Positions 26,942-40,740 of a stretch of DNA of 64,000 nucleotides are shown in pieces. Origin of the DNA: Eledone cirrhosa (lineage: Eukaryota); NCBI GenBank assembly GCA_964016885.1, contig OZ024740.1, forward strand, positions 184,016,001-184,080,000, written 5' to 3'. Under the pieces are notes generated by a model. The model saw only the letters and a program-made list of their open reading frames with translations, did no database searches and had not been told where the DNA came from. The translations under genes and the position numbers were made by a program. The stretch's first letter is position 1. Each line of letters opens with the position of its first letter.

Positions 26942-28606
26942 CCTTGTTTGCTGAAAATTTAAAGTAAGTGAGACTGTCACTACTCTAAAACAATGGCATA
27001 AGGTCTTCGAAATGCTCTTAATTAAGCATACAGTGTTTTGCAAAATACACTATATATACATTCATATATATATATATATATATTTCTTTGTTATTTTGTA
27101 CATATTTTTAAAACAAACTAAAATTGTTAAACTAATATCTTATGAAAAATATATAAATTTTTGTTGTAGTGCTTAGATTATCTTGCTATCAGGCATTTGA
27201 AACTAGGTGAGCTAGAGCCTAACAACGGCAATACCAATCATAATGATGATGATACAATAACATTAATAATTATTGTTTGTCTGTAATGCAAGTATTTGAT
27301 AAAACAAACGTTTTCATTTTATTTTAATTTTTCCACTTTTTGAAGTTAATGTCAGCTTAGTAATTTCAGCATTGTGCAACGTTTACTAGTATTATTTGAA
27401 AAGGCAGATTTGAACATTATATGCCCCCTATCAATCGAAGGTTTTATATATTCTGATCATATTCTCAGACCTGCCAACCTCCAAAAACCAAAACGGCGAG
27501 TATCATGACAAAACGTGCCCCAAAACGAGGAGAAATGACGAAGAATAGGCGGAGTTTACATAATGAAAGCTATGCCCAGTTTCACAAGAGAAGACGCATC
27601 TCAGCCAGTCCAAAGTGTGTGGGAGATCTCCCTATCGGACGAGGACATTTGACAGGTCTGTATTCTTACTCGTTCCATTACCATTTGCCGGTTTCATGTG
27701 TTTCAGATGTCGAGGTACTCATTTATACTGTTATGTCAAACACTGCTACACAACAACTAGAAACCAATGAATCCAGTGATAGCTTAAGCAATTTCCTCCT
27801 GTCAAGAGGCAAGCTTTTGAATTGATTTGATTTGTTTAAGTAATTCAAAAACCATCTTATAACAGATTTCTGCTGTTAATTTTCTTTCAGTCTTCTTTGC
27901 ATCAAAATATTTAATAGCAAAAAATTGAACACAATTCTAAAATCAGAAAAGAGAGAACATTATTCTTAATTAAAGAAACGTTAAAAGTTAAAGAAGGAAA
28001 ATAAAATAAAAACTAACAAGCAAAAACCCAACAACATCTAAAGAAATAAAGAAATTAATGAATGAATTAAATGAAAAATAAATATAGAAAAACATTAAAA
28101 ATAAAAAAATTCAGTTTGTAAAATGTAAAGTGAAGTTCTGTTTGGCTCTGATGCTATCTGACATTTCCCGACAAAACAAATTAAACTTACAAATTAGACA
28201 AATTAAACAAAAATGACCACAGCATCAGGCATTAACAATTTGCTCTGGAGTAATGCTATTAAAATCAAATCTAAATTTTCTGTCTCTCTTCTCGATATCA
28301 TCAGGGTAGTGTTAAATTACAATTTCTTTCTGGAATTGCAAATTTCAAATCCAACATCTTACAAAAAAGGCAAAAGAAAAATAAATAAAAGGAAGGAATG
28401 AAAATAAGGAAAAAGAAGTTTAAAGAATTGAAGAGGTTTCATATTGGTTTCTAAATGCAAAACGCGTAATATGCTTTTTTCTACTTAAACTTTTCAAGGA
28501 TAATTTAATTTTCTTTAAGAAATTCCATATTAATTACACGCTAACACTAAGCTAAAGAAACAAAATAACTATCATTTTCTGTGTTTGTGGTTTATATAAA
28601 TTAATA

Positions 28607-28791
28607 TAATTGTTTCTACTTTTGGCACAAGGCCACCAATTATCCCAGTGTATTACTGGTACTTTATTTTATCGATCCCGTAAGGATGAAAGGCAACGTT
28701 AACCTCGGCGGGATTTGAACTCAGACCATAAAGGGCCGTAACTCTTCGCTGCAAAGCATGGCGTACGACCCTCTATCAATACTGCCGATCC
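28607..28791 (-). mobile_element. SINE, same family
   Basis: Reverse complement of the family consensus. Confidence 0.88.
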
Positions 28792-30465
28792 ATGTGTGTT
28801 GTGTTTTACTAAGAATTCTTCCCCTCAAAAATGTATGCAATATATCTAACTATTACTAAATTCACGAGTCAAAAAGTATACATCTACTTGATCTCTTGAT
28901 TTGCTAAACATAACAACTAGACATCTCTAAACAGACACCACCCTACCTTCCCGCATATAGATACAGTGCATACAGGAGACCAGAGATAATTACGGTCATC
29001 ACTCGCATACCAGGATGACTTGGTAGCTTTTACGCTGCTTTCCCTTGTGGCTTTCGGTGCACATGTGATTGCAACAGCAACAGACTCTCTCTCTCTCACA
29101 ACATGTTCATCCTTGATTCAGCAGAACGTCCATGAAGTGTAACATACTGAAGGAAAGAGTTCTGAACTGGTATTAGGCTGGGATTTAATTTATCGACTTC
29201 AAAATGTTGAAATGCAAATTAGATATTGGCTATATGTTAAGGCAGAGTCGAAATAAATCCCGTAACACAGTGTATCTAGCACTCTAATAACTGCCAATTG
29301 CACAGCATAGCAATGAAAAGGAAAAAGAAAATTTCACATTGGGTTTAAACAACAGCAAACATCAATATATCTTCATACGAACATTAGTGGCACTCGCTCT
29401 ATTTTCACCATAGTGCAAATCGTTTCCCTCAGCATCTCGGCACAAATTGAGCCTGTCGGCCACAAGAGATCATAACACACTGGGCTAAAAGACAGATAAA
29501 CACTGGGACTTGAGTTACCATCATTTTTGTGCCGGTCGCCATTGATATCTCAGGTAAGCTTAGTGACAGAATTGCCGTGTTCCTCCACAAAATGGGTAGT
29601 AGTACATCTCGCCTGAGGAAATAGCCTCGTGAGATAGAATGGCTGATGTAGCTGGTGTTTTCCGTAGCAATGCCATCACAATTTTATACATGGGGTGCAA
29701 CTCAGATATGCCGCCTAGACTGGGGTGTAGGGTATGCAGCTCCCGCCCCATTCCTTTATTTCGCCATTTAAGTTTGTTTCTTTTCTGTTTCTTTTTTTTT
29801 TCGATTTTAATTGTATTATTTGATGCATTTTCATTTCCAGGAATAAGATTTTATGTTAGAATAATCACTAAGCCACGAGGTAAGAGTTATATCATAAAAA
29901 CGGCTTAAAGTGGATGGTTTTATAACAACTGGCGGAGTCGTAGGGCATTTTAAAACCTAGCGCAGCCCCTCTCCTCTCCAGGTTAATTCCAGAGAATGAT
30001 AGAGCGTGAGGGAATAAAAGTGAGAATGATATATCGAGGAAAATCAACCCAATACTGGACTGGTACACTTTTATTGACCTCGGCGGGATTTGAACTTAGA
30101 TAAGCAGAGAAATGAAAACTGCACAGCATTCTATCCGATGTTCCACCAAATCTGCCAATTAGCCGCTTGTATTAAATAATTAAATATCACACGCTATGAT
30201 AGATTATTATGATAATACCAGAGAGCTTATAACCCAACATTTAATTTGAGGATTTAGTCTTATTGTTTAGCTGTAAGATGACTCAGATTGAGTAGATATA
30301 TGATGAAAGACGATCAAAGACGTTCCAGTCAAGAAAATATCTTCTTTTAATCACACAATATATACTGAACTACATAATCCAATGTGTTTTTTACAATGAT
30401 GATTGGGTATAACGTGAGCGAGATTCGGCTATTATTTCTAGCAGGTAGACTATCAGTGTAGACTA

Positions 30466-30554
30466 TAAGGAAGTTATAGAATAGTCTCCCTACCTTTCGA
30501 AATACTAAGGAAGTTATAGAGTAGTCTCCCTACCTTTGGAAACACCAAGGAAGT
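30466..30554. repeat. 40-bp tandem duplication (~2.2 units)
   Basis: taaggaagttataga(a/g)tagtctccctaccttt(c/g)gaaa(t/c)ac repeated. Confidence 0.85.
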
Positions 30555-31002
30555 GTATTTGCCTGGTCTTTTGAATACACTTGCTCAGTAAATGATTTAT
30601 TTCCAGCCCTGATTTACACATTTCATTGATATGTTAATTTCCATATCAAAACCTCTTTTTCATACATAGAACATTTTAGAAATGTTCAGTCACGTGACAG
30701 CATATTGAGCGGTGAAACGTGTAGCTCCTGGAAGCATCTGTCAGTCGGACTCGTATGTTACACTGGTTAATGAAACTAAGAACTTTTCTTATTATGCTTT
30801 GTCTCTACGACACAATATCTGCCTGTTCTTTAGATACAAGGGAATTGTGTGCATTCATAAGATACTTATTATTTAAGCTAGCATACTAATACTGAAAAGA
30901 ACTTATATACACACATCGCATTCATTTTATTTATTGTAATTAATATTTGAGCTATTGTGTACTTGTAGTAATGTTAAGATACCATTATGTAGTGAATATA
31001 TA

Positions 31003-31186
31003 CGGTGGATTGGCAGAGTTGGTAGAGGGTTGGGCATGCTTTCCAGCATAGTTTCGTCCCTTTACGATCTGAGTTCAAATCCCGCCAAGGTTAACTTTGC
31101 CTTTCATCCTTACGAGGTCGATGAAATAAAGTACCAGTAATGTTCTGGGTAATTGCCGGCCTTGTGCCGAAAATAGAAACAATTAT
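31003..31186 (+). mobile_element. SINE, first of a tandem pair
   Basis: Matches consensus, subtype ttccagcatag..cgtccctttacgatctg. Confidence 0.9.
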
Positions 31187-31199
31187 GTAGTGAATATAT

Positions 31200-31379
31200 G
31201 GTGGATTGTCATTATCGGTAGAGGGCCGGACGTCATGCTTTGACGCATAGAGTTACGGCCCTTTCCATTCTGAGTTCAAATCCCGCCGAGGTAAACTTTG
31301 CCTTACGGGGTCGATAAAATAAAGTACCAGTAATGTACTGGTGTAATTGCTGGCCTTGTGCCAAAAGTAGAAACAATTA
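31200..31379 (+). mobile_element. SINE, second of a tandem pair
   Basis: Matches consensus, subtype tttgacgcatagagttacggccc. Confidence 0.9.
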
Positions 31380-32648
31380 TGTAGTGAATATACAAGAGAT
31401 TGTAATTTTGTATAGAGTACCCCGATCGTTTATTTGATAATGTCTTTTAGCCTTCTGATTTTCTCACATTTAAGTTTTCCCTTGTACAGTTTCACCACAA
31501 AATAAATATTAGCTGTACAACTATCAGAATAGTTATTTATTTGCAGAAATGTTATTTATTTGTTGCAGATTTCATGGAACAAGGAAGAAGAAAACATTTT
31601 ACTAAGTTGTAAAGATTTTGCCAGAGAAATCGCGTGTAATTCAGTATATTGTTATTGTACTTGTAGTTTTGTTTCTCAACTCTAGATCAACTGTAAGTGA
31701 GCCATTCTATGGTCAAAAGAAATCCAACTGGAGAAAGTATATGATTATATTATTTAAGATAACAGAGTTCGATTTGGTTAGAATTTCTAGCAGTTTATGC
31801 AACCATATTGATTCTTCATCATTGACTGAATATTGTAGTGTGAGGAATAGTTATATATTTATTCTGTCATTGAATGATAGTTTATATCACACAGACAATG
31901 TATAATAAATCGTTATGTAAAATTACTGCTTTTGTAAAAGAACAGTTCATTTGCACAGCGATTCACTAAAGTGACTGATATCTTTGATTTTGAAAGTTTG
32001 AACGATTCTATCTACATGTCTCTCTCTCTCTCTCCTCCCTCTTTCACAACCTCCTATTCCCTCTCTCGTTGAGGGCGTCTTCTGAATTATGTATTTCTGA
32101 AGCAACTCTATTTTCCTAAGCCAACTAACGAAGAAACTGGTACATTTACTTAGTGATTATTTATTGCTTCTTCGTTGAATAGGACGAAAGCTATACTTTG
32201 CTGATGAGGTTAAGTAAATAATATAGAATCATGTTCGGGGTTGTTTCCCGTATATAAATGTTTTTTAAAATATAGATTGAATGAGCTGGTTAATGATCAT
32301 TGCATTAAACAACTCAAAGAGCCCCGTGAGGTGGATTGGCTGCTTCAACACATCTCCCTCACCGTCCTCCAGAGCAATGTGTTCTACATCCTCTCGTCCA
32401 GAACCCGTAAGTTAGTTAGAGGTGGCAGATACTCATTCGGACGTCATGAATTTCCTCCTTTTTCCAGAAATTATTTCCATCTATCTATCTTTCTATCTAA
32501 CTATTTTAAAATTTAACTATTGATTTTTGGAATTTTTTTCCTTTTTTGGGGGTTAGGGGGGGGGGCTTTTATTTGCATTAAACACATTCATATACTTTAA
32601 AAAAGTATAAGACAAATTCTTATTTAACATTTTGTAATATTATATGAA

Positions 32649-32905
32649 GGCAGGTGGCACACTGGTTAAGTTGCTAAACATACAATTGTAATGTCGCGGG
32701 TTCGAATCTTGAATTGGTTTGGAGGTCGACTTCATGGGCTAAACATTTCAGTTTACGTTTTACTACGTACTTCATTCGACGAAACTGATGACCAGTGACA
32801 GCTGTGAGTTAAACCTACAATGGACTGGTGTCCTGTGTTGAGGGAGTTGTTCAGTCACTTAACTCCAAGGAAACTGGGATAAGCATTGGCTTCATGAAAC
32901 TCTGC
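32649..32905 (+). mobile_element. Old tRNA-derived SINE of a different family (V-SINE-like)
   Basis: A box gtggcacactggtt, B box gggttcgaatc, then aacctacaatggactggtgtcctgt and ggaaactgggataagc. Confidence 0.55.
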
Positions 32906-33184
32906 GATTTGGACATAAATATTAGATATATTACTCCTTATGTTGAAATATTCTAAGCTGAATTTATAGGGAATGTTATCTTGTCCAATTTTCAGTTAAA
33001 CCAAATGATGTTGGAAACCAGCTCAATCTGGGCAGGTAGTTGGTTGGTTGTCAAACTTGAAAGTTCTTTATGATGTTAGCTTTCTTCAGAGAGCTACGTA
33101 TCTTCCATTTGACCATGCTCATTGCATATCAAATTTATCTGATTGTTTATTTATTTATGTATTCATCATCATCACCATTATCTG

Positions 33185-33375
33185 GAGAACGTCGGATACT
33201 ATGCTTAGCGGCATGGAGTTACAGCCCTTTACGTTCTGAGTTTAAATTCCATTGAGGTTAGCTTTACCTTTCATCCTTACAGGATTGGTAAAATAAAGTA
33301 CTAGTAACGCAATGAGTCAATTTTATAGACTTTCCCCTCCATTTTCATATTGCTGTCCTTGTGCCTATAGTATAA
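33185..33375 (+). mobile_element. Diverged SINE copy
   Basis: ctttacctttcatccttacagg...aaataaagtac...ccttgtgcctatagta. Confidence 0.75.
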
Positions 33376-36179
33376 ATTATTATTAGTAGTAGTAGCAGTA
33401 TTGCTGTTAGATTCGTTTCCCCTAGGAACAAATGTATAGGAAAAACATACTGTAATGGTGATGCCATTCCAAGAACATTAACATCATATATGATATGAAA
33501 TGGCTTCTTTGAATAGGGGATTGAAACTACATCAAAGATTCAGCCTTTAGAGTTTTTGCCTCTTGCTCTGCAGTGGGAATGAAATATTGATCCCTTTTAT
33601 TTCGACAGTAAGATAATTTCCTGGTGTGTTAACGGCTCTTATTTAAAAGATCTTTGATGAAGTAAAGCTGAAATTGAACTCTACCGGATTTGAACTAGAA
33701 CTGTGTTGGCTCAAGTTATACACTAGAAGCTATTTTATTTCATGTAGTCTTGTGCTGTCTGAACTATATCACTCTAGAAGTTACAAATACACATTATACA
33801 TATTGCTATAAAAATCAACTACTAATGAACATTAAAATCTATGTAAGATACGCAATGCTTCTGTAACATCTAAATGAGATGATTGATCTATATGTGAAAG
33901 TATATGAGATATTTAATTTTATGAGAAATTCAGCTTCAGTCAACAAATATTTTGTGATCATGTAAAATACTTTGAAGTCATTCCAGTCTTATCTTATATA
34001 ATTTATACTAATAACAAAGGTGGATTGAACATGTGCTTTAACTACTATGTGGTGGTCAGAAGTGCTGTATTATCAGTGTAAATTTCTCATAAAACTATCA
34101 CTTCACAAACAAATGAACCTTTGTGCATGTGTGTGGATATGCTGGTCACAAACTGCTGGATGCCAACTATAAATCAAGATGCCAATAAAAGCTATGGCAG
34201 TTGCTACTTTAAGTCTGATAATGAAAGTTTAGTTCTGAAACGTCTTGCCACACCAATATATATGCATACTACCAGGCTGACATGTCAGATGCTAAGAGTA
34301 ATTAATATATGATTTAATGTCAAGCAGGAACAGGAAAGGGATTTCTAAGATAAACGATTTTCCTTCATCGCATACACATTTTCTTTCTTGTAAAACAAAC
34401 AAAAAGTCAATATTGAGTATAAATATTGTAGGGGATTTCCGTGTAATTTTATTTAGGTGTCAGCAAATTAAAAATGAACGCATTTCATTTAGAATAAATT
34501 TTATTCAAGATATTTAACATTGTATTTTATAATTTAAAATGTTTAACACACAAGTATAAACGTATTGAGTATAATCTTAATGAGTATTACATTTTAAACA
34601 AGATTAGTTATTGAAAACAATCCAAGATTAGCTATTGAAAACAATGACATAATCAAAATCTCTAACATAAGGAAGAAATGTTATGAAGATCTACAAATTT
34701 ATGCATCATAATAGAAATAAAAATGTTTATAACAAGTGGAATTTCAATGAATTTCACTATAAAACATTCATTCATAGAATATTCAAATCATCATCGTAGC
34801 ATCTCTGCAATATCACACTGCCACCATTGCAAATGACATAATCAACTGTGGGTACATAGTCAGGTGATTAGCGCTAGTCATTAGTGGGATTTGGATTCTT
34901 AGAGATAAATTTGAACTTGGGATGCAAAGTGCTGGAACAGATATTGCAAGGCATGTTGTCTGACATTCTACTACTTTCTTTATTAACCCCTAAAGTTGAG
35001 ATTTGAACTCACAATGCGAAGTACCAGAATAGGTACCACGTGATATCTCATCCAATGCTCCAGTAATTCTTCCCAGTCCAGTTCTCTAGACTGCTATTTT
35101 ACTTATCAACATGAAATGCATTGTTGACTTCCCCTGAATTTGAATACAAGGCACAGATTACTAGAATAAGTACCATAAAGAATTTTACACAATATGCAAA
35201 AGATTAGTGACTCTGCAAATCTGTGGAGTGTGTATGGAACTGTAGTGGATTGTTTTAATAGAAATGCTACAAGCTAACAGAACAAAAGGGATCCAAAGAC
35301 TATATGTATTATATTGCTGGGATTATTCTCTGTTGCGATCAACTAACTAGAAATATTTTAATCCTACCACAGTATATATATATCAAATATAATGGGCAAA
35401 TCTAATATAATATAATAAATGGAACTGACAGTGTTTGAAAAGTCGCTTTTGGCAAAGGAATGTTGGAATAAAATAAATTACACATACACACAAACAGAAT
35501 GATGGAATACGTAAGTAGGTGGGTTAGTTTGTTGGTAGATAAGTATGTGAGAACGTAGGTAAGTGAGTATGCAAGTAGATAGGTGTGGAGGGAAGCTATG
35601 AGGCATTTCAGATTCGTACTAGCAAGACTAATTATTTGATTAGAGAGAGTATGCTGAAACTGAAACCTTTATATAGGGACGTAGTTATTTTAACCATTTC
35701 AGAGCACAGCTTTTTATATATTTCCATGTTTTTACATATTGCCATGTTTTTGAAAAAGCCCATTACTCTATATTTACTATTGTATTTTGATGGTAAAGGA
35801 TTTACCTCACATAATTATCTTACATAATATCAAAAAAGGAGAGTTTGATATTATTTATTTTGAGAAGAGTACCTTAACATCAGTAGGGGCAGCTGGTTAT
35901 GGCCTGTTTGACCAGAAAGAAGTGAGACAATTATGGTCAGATACAGCTGATTTAAATTCTAAATGGTTAAAGGAGAATTTACACAGTTTTCAGCTGCATC
36001 CTTGACATCTATTTTGGGCAATGCCTGCATACGATCTCACCAAATATATGAGGTTACATACATAAGCACACACACACACACAGAGGCAAACACACACGTA
36101 CATCTCTCTCTCGCTATATATATAAATATATAAATATATATGTATATATATATATACATATATATATATGTGTAGGAGG

Positions 36180-38380
36180 TGAGTTTTATTGTAGTACAAT
36201 AAAGCAATGCAGATATCGGATAAGAAGCACTCTACAGTTTGTAGGACTACAGTTTGTTAGCATCTTTGATGCTAACGCCAATTACTATAATAACGCACTT
36301 TCTAAAGCCGGTTATCCAGATAAAATCAAATATAGTAAAGAAACAAATTCTAGAAAAACTTACAGTAGAATAATTAATCATGATCATTCCAATAACTTTA
36401 ATAAAAGACCTAGATACAAAAACATAATCTGGTATAATGTTCCTTTCTCCATCTCTATTAATAAAAATATTCCTAAATTATTTTTAGTGCCTTAAATAAA
36501 TGCTTCCCTCCCTCACATATCTATAGTAAAATATTTAACAAACACACCATCAAATGTTCTTATTCTACATCCTCCAATATTTCCAACATCATCTCTAAAC
36601 ACAACAATAACATACTAAATACTAAATCTCTTCCTTCCAACATTGAATTTCATAATAACAGTAATAGTACTCCCGACGTCATTGTAAACCCTAGGCTAAC
36701 TTCTGTAAACCCAAATACAACGTCAAACACAACTTCGCTAAATGTTCATAATCCAACTCTAAATCAAGAAACTATTATTCCTATTATTCCTATCGCAAAC
36801 AACTTCTCCAATCCAATTCCTTGTATAGATAACACTAGGTCACTCATTAATAATCTCTCTAATTGCAACTGCCGCATTAAAAATAAATGTCCTCTCAACA
36901 ACCATTAAATATACCATCTTTTGGAAGAAGGTTTCTTCTGCGTCCTCATACTTGAACAGCTCTCTATCTAAAATCTGTAATCTCTGCCTAAATGAAAAAT
37001 TTACCATTATCTCTAATCTAGATTCTATAATAAATAGACGTACAGATTTGTTTTCTATCTGCCTGCATAAATTCCATAGGACTTTTCACAAAGTATACAG
37101 CTAATATTCAATTCTTTATGAATTTAGAATATTTTCTCAAAGGCACATATACATACACCTCTTTAAAATATACCCATCTTCCTACCTTACTTCAAATGGC
37201 ATTATACACTCTATAATACTTGTTTACTCATTACACTCATTCTATCTTCACCTTGTAAAATCCTTCATAACATATACATTTGTTTTTTTGACGTTAGAAT
37301 ATTCATCCGCAATTATTATTATTTTTTTCTCTCTATCATAAAACTTTTTAATCTCAATTTCATCCTTAATTTATTATTTATTTCTCCCCATCAACGAACT
37401 CATTCTTAATACATATTAACTCTTTCTTCGCACATATTATCAATTCCTTCAATATACAAACCTTAACTTCCCATTATTTTTCTCAAATCATCTAATACAC
37501 AAACCTTAATAATTTTTTAATACATATTAACTCTTTCTTCGCACATATTATCAATTCCTTCAATATACAAACTTTAACTTCACATTATTTTTCTCAAATC
37601 CTTCTACACACAAACCTTAATCATTTTTTCTCTTCGTTAATTTTGAAATTGCCACAATACTTATAAACATACACCTTTTGACGTTAGAATATTCATCTGC
37701 AATTATTATTTTTTCTCTCTATCTTCATACATATCAACACCCTTTCTTTCCTCGTACATTTCCTCGTACATTTACTTCGTTAATTTTCAAATTCTTTTAA
37801 TTTATACATTATCTTCCAACGGTTCTCAACCTCTCTATGTAAAACAATATATCTTTTCTCAGTTATAAAACTATCTCTTTCTCTCTATCACCCATCTCTC
37901 CCTCTCCACCTTCACTCTCATCTCATCCCCTTTTTTCATCCCCCCCCCCCCCCCTCCTAAATAAAATATTTTTTCCTCGTACATATTTTTCCCTTCGTTA
38001 ATTTTCAAATTCTTTTAATTTATACATTATCTTCCAACGGTTTTCAACCTCTCTATGTAAAACAATATATCTTCTCTCAGTTATAAAACTATCTCTTTCT
38101 CTCTATCACCCATCTCTCCCTCTCCACCTTCACTCTCATCTCCTCCCCTTTTTCATCCCCCCCCTCTCTAAATAAAATATTTTTCCCAATATCACACATC
38201 AATCTAAAACCACTTTTCATATGTTGATTTAAAACTGCACTATCCACAAGTGTTTTTTAGCCTTCATATCATGTTCTCCTGTTTTATCTGATGAAAACAC
38301 AAATATTATTGCATGATGATGTTTGTTTTTGAAATGCGCATAATAAAATACATGGAACTCCTTTAACCATCTTTTGATCT

Positions 38381-38385
<5 letters not shown>
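36180..38385 (+). mobile_element. 5'-truncated, internally deleted Penelope-like element of a second clade (resembles Hydra-type PLEs)
   Basis: Fragments YYNNALSKAGY, KNIIWYNVPFS, FPPSHIYSKIFNKHTIKCSYS, CNCRIKNKCPL, SKICNLCLNEK, NRRTDLFSICLH. Long 3' UTR with internal duplications and a terminal hammerhead; (TA)n on both sides. Confidence 0.75.
38281..38349 (+). ncRNA. Type I hammerhead ribozyme, canonical core
   Basis: TTTTAT-CTGATGA-[16-bp stem II, one mismatch, loop GCAT]-GAAA-TGCGCA-TA-ATAAAA. Confidence 0.85.
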
Positions 38386-38435
<50 letters not shown>

Positions 38436-38520
38436 ATTTTTTAATGCATTGTATGGTTCTCAAAATTATATAAATTTATATTTCCTATTCAACAATGCTT
38501 CAAGCAAATGAAATTACAAC

Positions 38521-38608
<88 letters not shown>

Positions 38609-38849
38609 TTATAAATATATATGTATATATAAACATTTATATATATATATTAAAGTAAATTTTATTGTGTAAATCATCACATTAGAAATGATTTTTTGGT
38701 AAAGAAAAAAAAAAACAAATGTAAAATATAACTGATTCCCCAAATATTAAAATCTGTAAGTATAGGAATATATTCATTGAAATATATTAATATACTAAAT
38801 AAAAATAGATTAAATAACGCCATTGCAAATACAGACATAAATATATATG

Positions 38850-38892
<43 letters not shown>

Positions 38893-39063
38893 AAATAAAT
38901 ATATATATATATTATCAATTAGAAAACAAATATTCAGTGATCAAATATAAATGTATACATTGTGTTGTAACGTGATAAAATATTATTGATAGTAACTATA
39001 GAGTTTTCTCTAGCTAATAAAATGTCAGATTAACCAGGGTTTCACATTGAAAATACAACTAAT

Positions 39064-39106
<43 letters not shown>

Positions 39107-39544
39107 ATGAATTAGGCAGAGTAATGGCAGTGTATACAACATAATCAGTGTCTCTGGTTGAAAGGCCTGTCTAAAATTCTTGCAAAAGTGTGCACTATGT
39201 TAAAATTGAAAAAGGTCCAGCTTATCTTGTTAAAATATACAGCTACCTAAGCCTAGCACCTAGAAACAGGAACATTTTCTTGATCCAAAGCTATAATAGA
39301 GAATACATGATATGGCACCCCACTGTGGTCTATGTAGGTGGTAGATGTATTACATGACATGGTTTGCTATTACCACCTGTCCTTTCACTGCATTTAGTGG
39401 AACACACTCTTCTGCAAGCCTCATCCCCAACACCAGTTTCGAGGACATAGAACAGTATCATGGCAGCACCCTTCCTTACCTGACTAAACAGTAATGGAAA
39501 AATAGAACAAACATTTTCACTACTAGTAGCACTATTCATTTGAA

Positions 39545-39762
39545 TAATGGTTTCTGATTTAGGCAAAAGATCAAACATTTTGGGGAAGGAGAAAGTCAAT
39601 TAAATCGATCTAGAGCATTAATAGTACTTTATTTTACTGACCTAGTAAGGATGAAAGGCAAAGCTATCTTTGGTCGAATTTGAAATCCGAATATAATGAG
39701 TCATAGCCCTATGCCACGAAGCTTGTTGTCCAACTTCAACTGACACTGCCTATCACCCGCCC
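39545..39762 (-). mobile_element. Diverged SINE copy
   Basis: gtacttttatttt...gtaaggatgaaaggcaaag...gaatttgaa. Confidence 0.7.
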
Positions 39763-40630
39763 TTGTTCATTTGAATAATGTGAACTGCTTTCATACGTGG
39801 CATGTATATACATGTGACTGCAAGCCTGATGGAGTGTAAATAGCTTTGACTGAGATTTATCCAGTGTATGCAGTGAGCAGTCCAACGCAAGTCAATCAGC
39901 AAATGCAGAAGCTCCCTTTGCTGGAGAAATACTTACTGGACCAATATGTATGAGAAAGATTCCATAAAGTTGGTAAGATTCTATAAAGTTACTATTGATA
40001 CATAACTATCCAAAACCTCACAACTAAACATCATATATATAAATGCATGAACCCGTAACTCCTGATAGAGTCATTGGGGTGCCATAGTGGGAGACAGCAT
40101 TTCTAGTGCATTTGATGTCTGGGAGGATCTATACCTCACAAATTTCTGAACAGAGCAGATTTCTACCAGAGAAGGTTAGAATGTGAGAGAGAGAAGAAGT
40201 GAGAAAGAAATATAGAGGAATCAACCCAATCCTAGAGTGGTACTTTATCAACCTAGAAAAAATAAAAGTCAAAGTTGGCCTCATATATAAAAATGTACAC
40301 TGTCAAATCCAGTTGCATTTATCTCACTGTGAAATGTGACACGCAGGAACATTAGATAGTGATTTCCTATAAAATATTGCTACACATATATTTATCTGTA
40401 GCCCAATTATACTGGTAATCTCCTAACTAATGATTGACTGTTAACCATGTACCATTTTATAAATAAACTTCTATTTCTATCTTTGGCATTTTTGTGTGGG
40501 AGAGGTAAGTGAATTTTGAGAATTTATTAAATATAAGATGTTCAATTTAAAAATATTAGTTACATTTATTTACATAATTCATTTATCTTTATGACCATAT
40601 AACTGCCTATATACATATGCTTATAGTTAC

Positions 40631-40740
<110 letters not shown>

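Larger units (their letters stand above)
25977..27070. repeat. ~320-bp unit array: about 2.4 tandem copies plus one inverted copy, flanked by (TA)n; retrozyme-like
   Basis: Unit start ggtgctctgaaatagcg at 25989, 26301 and 26622 (periods 312 and 321); inverted unit from ~26758 to ~27070. Confidence 0.92.

Noticed and set aside
25977-27070. CRISPR array or simple satellite
   Set aside because: Eukaryotic context, no unique spacers, and dispersed diverged copies elsewhere in the window.
27466-27545. CAGACCTGCCAACC as a hAT-like terminal inverted repeat
   Set aside because: No partner TIR or TSD found nearby.
28270-28310. Minus-strand CTGATGA...GAAA as a hammerhead
   Set aside because: Stem II is mismatched and stems I and III do not form.
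35787-36005. 72-aa ORF as a host exon
   Set aside because: No recognisable domain and no convincing splice sites.
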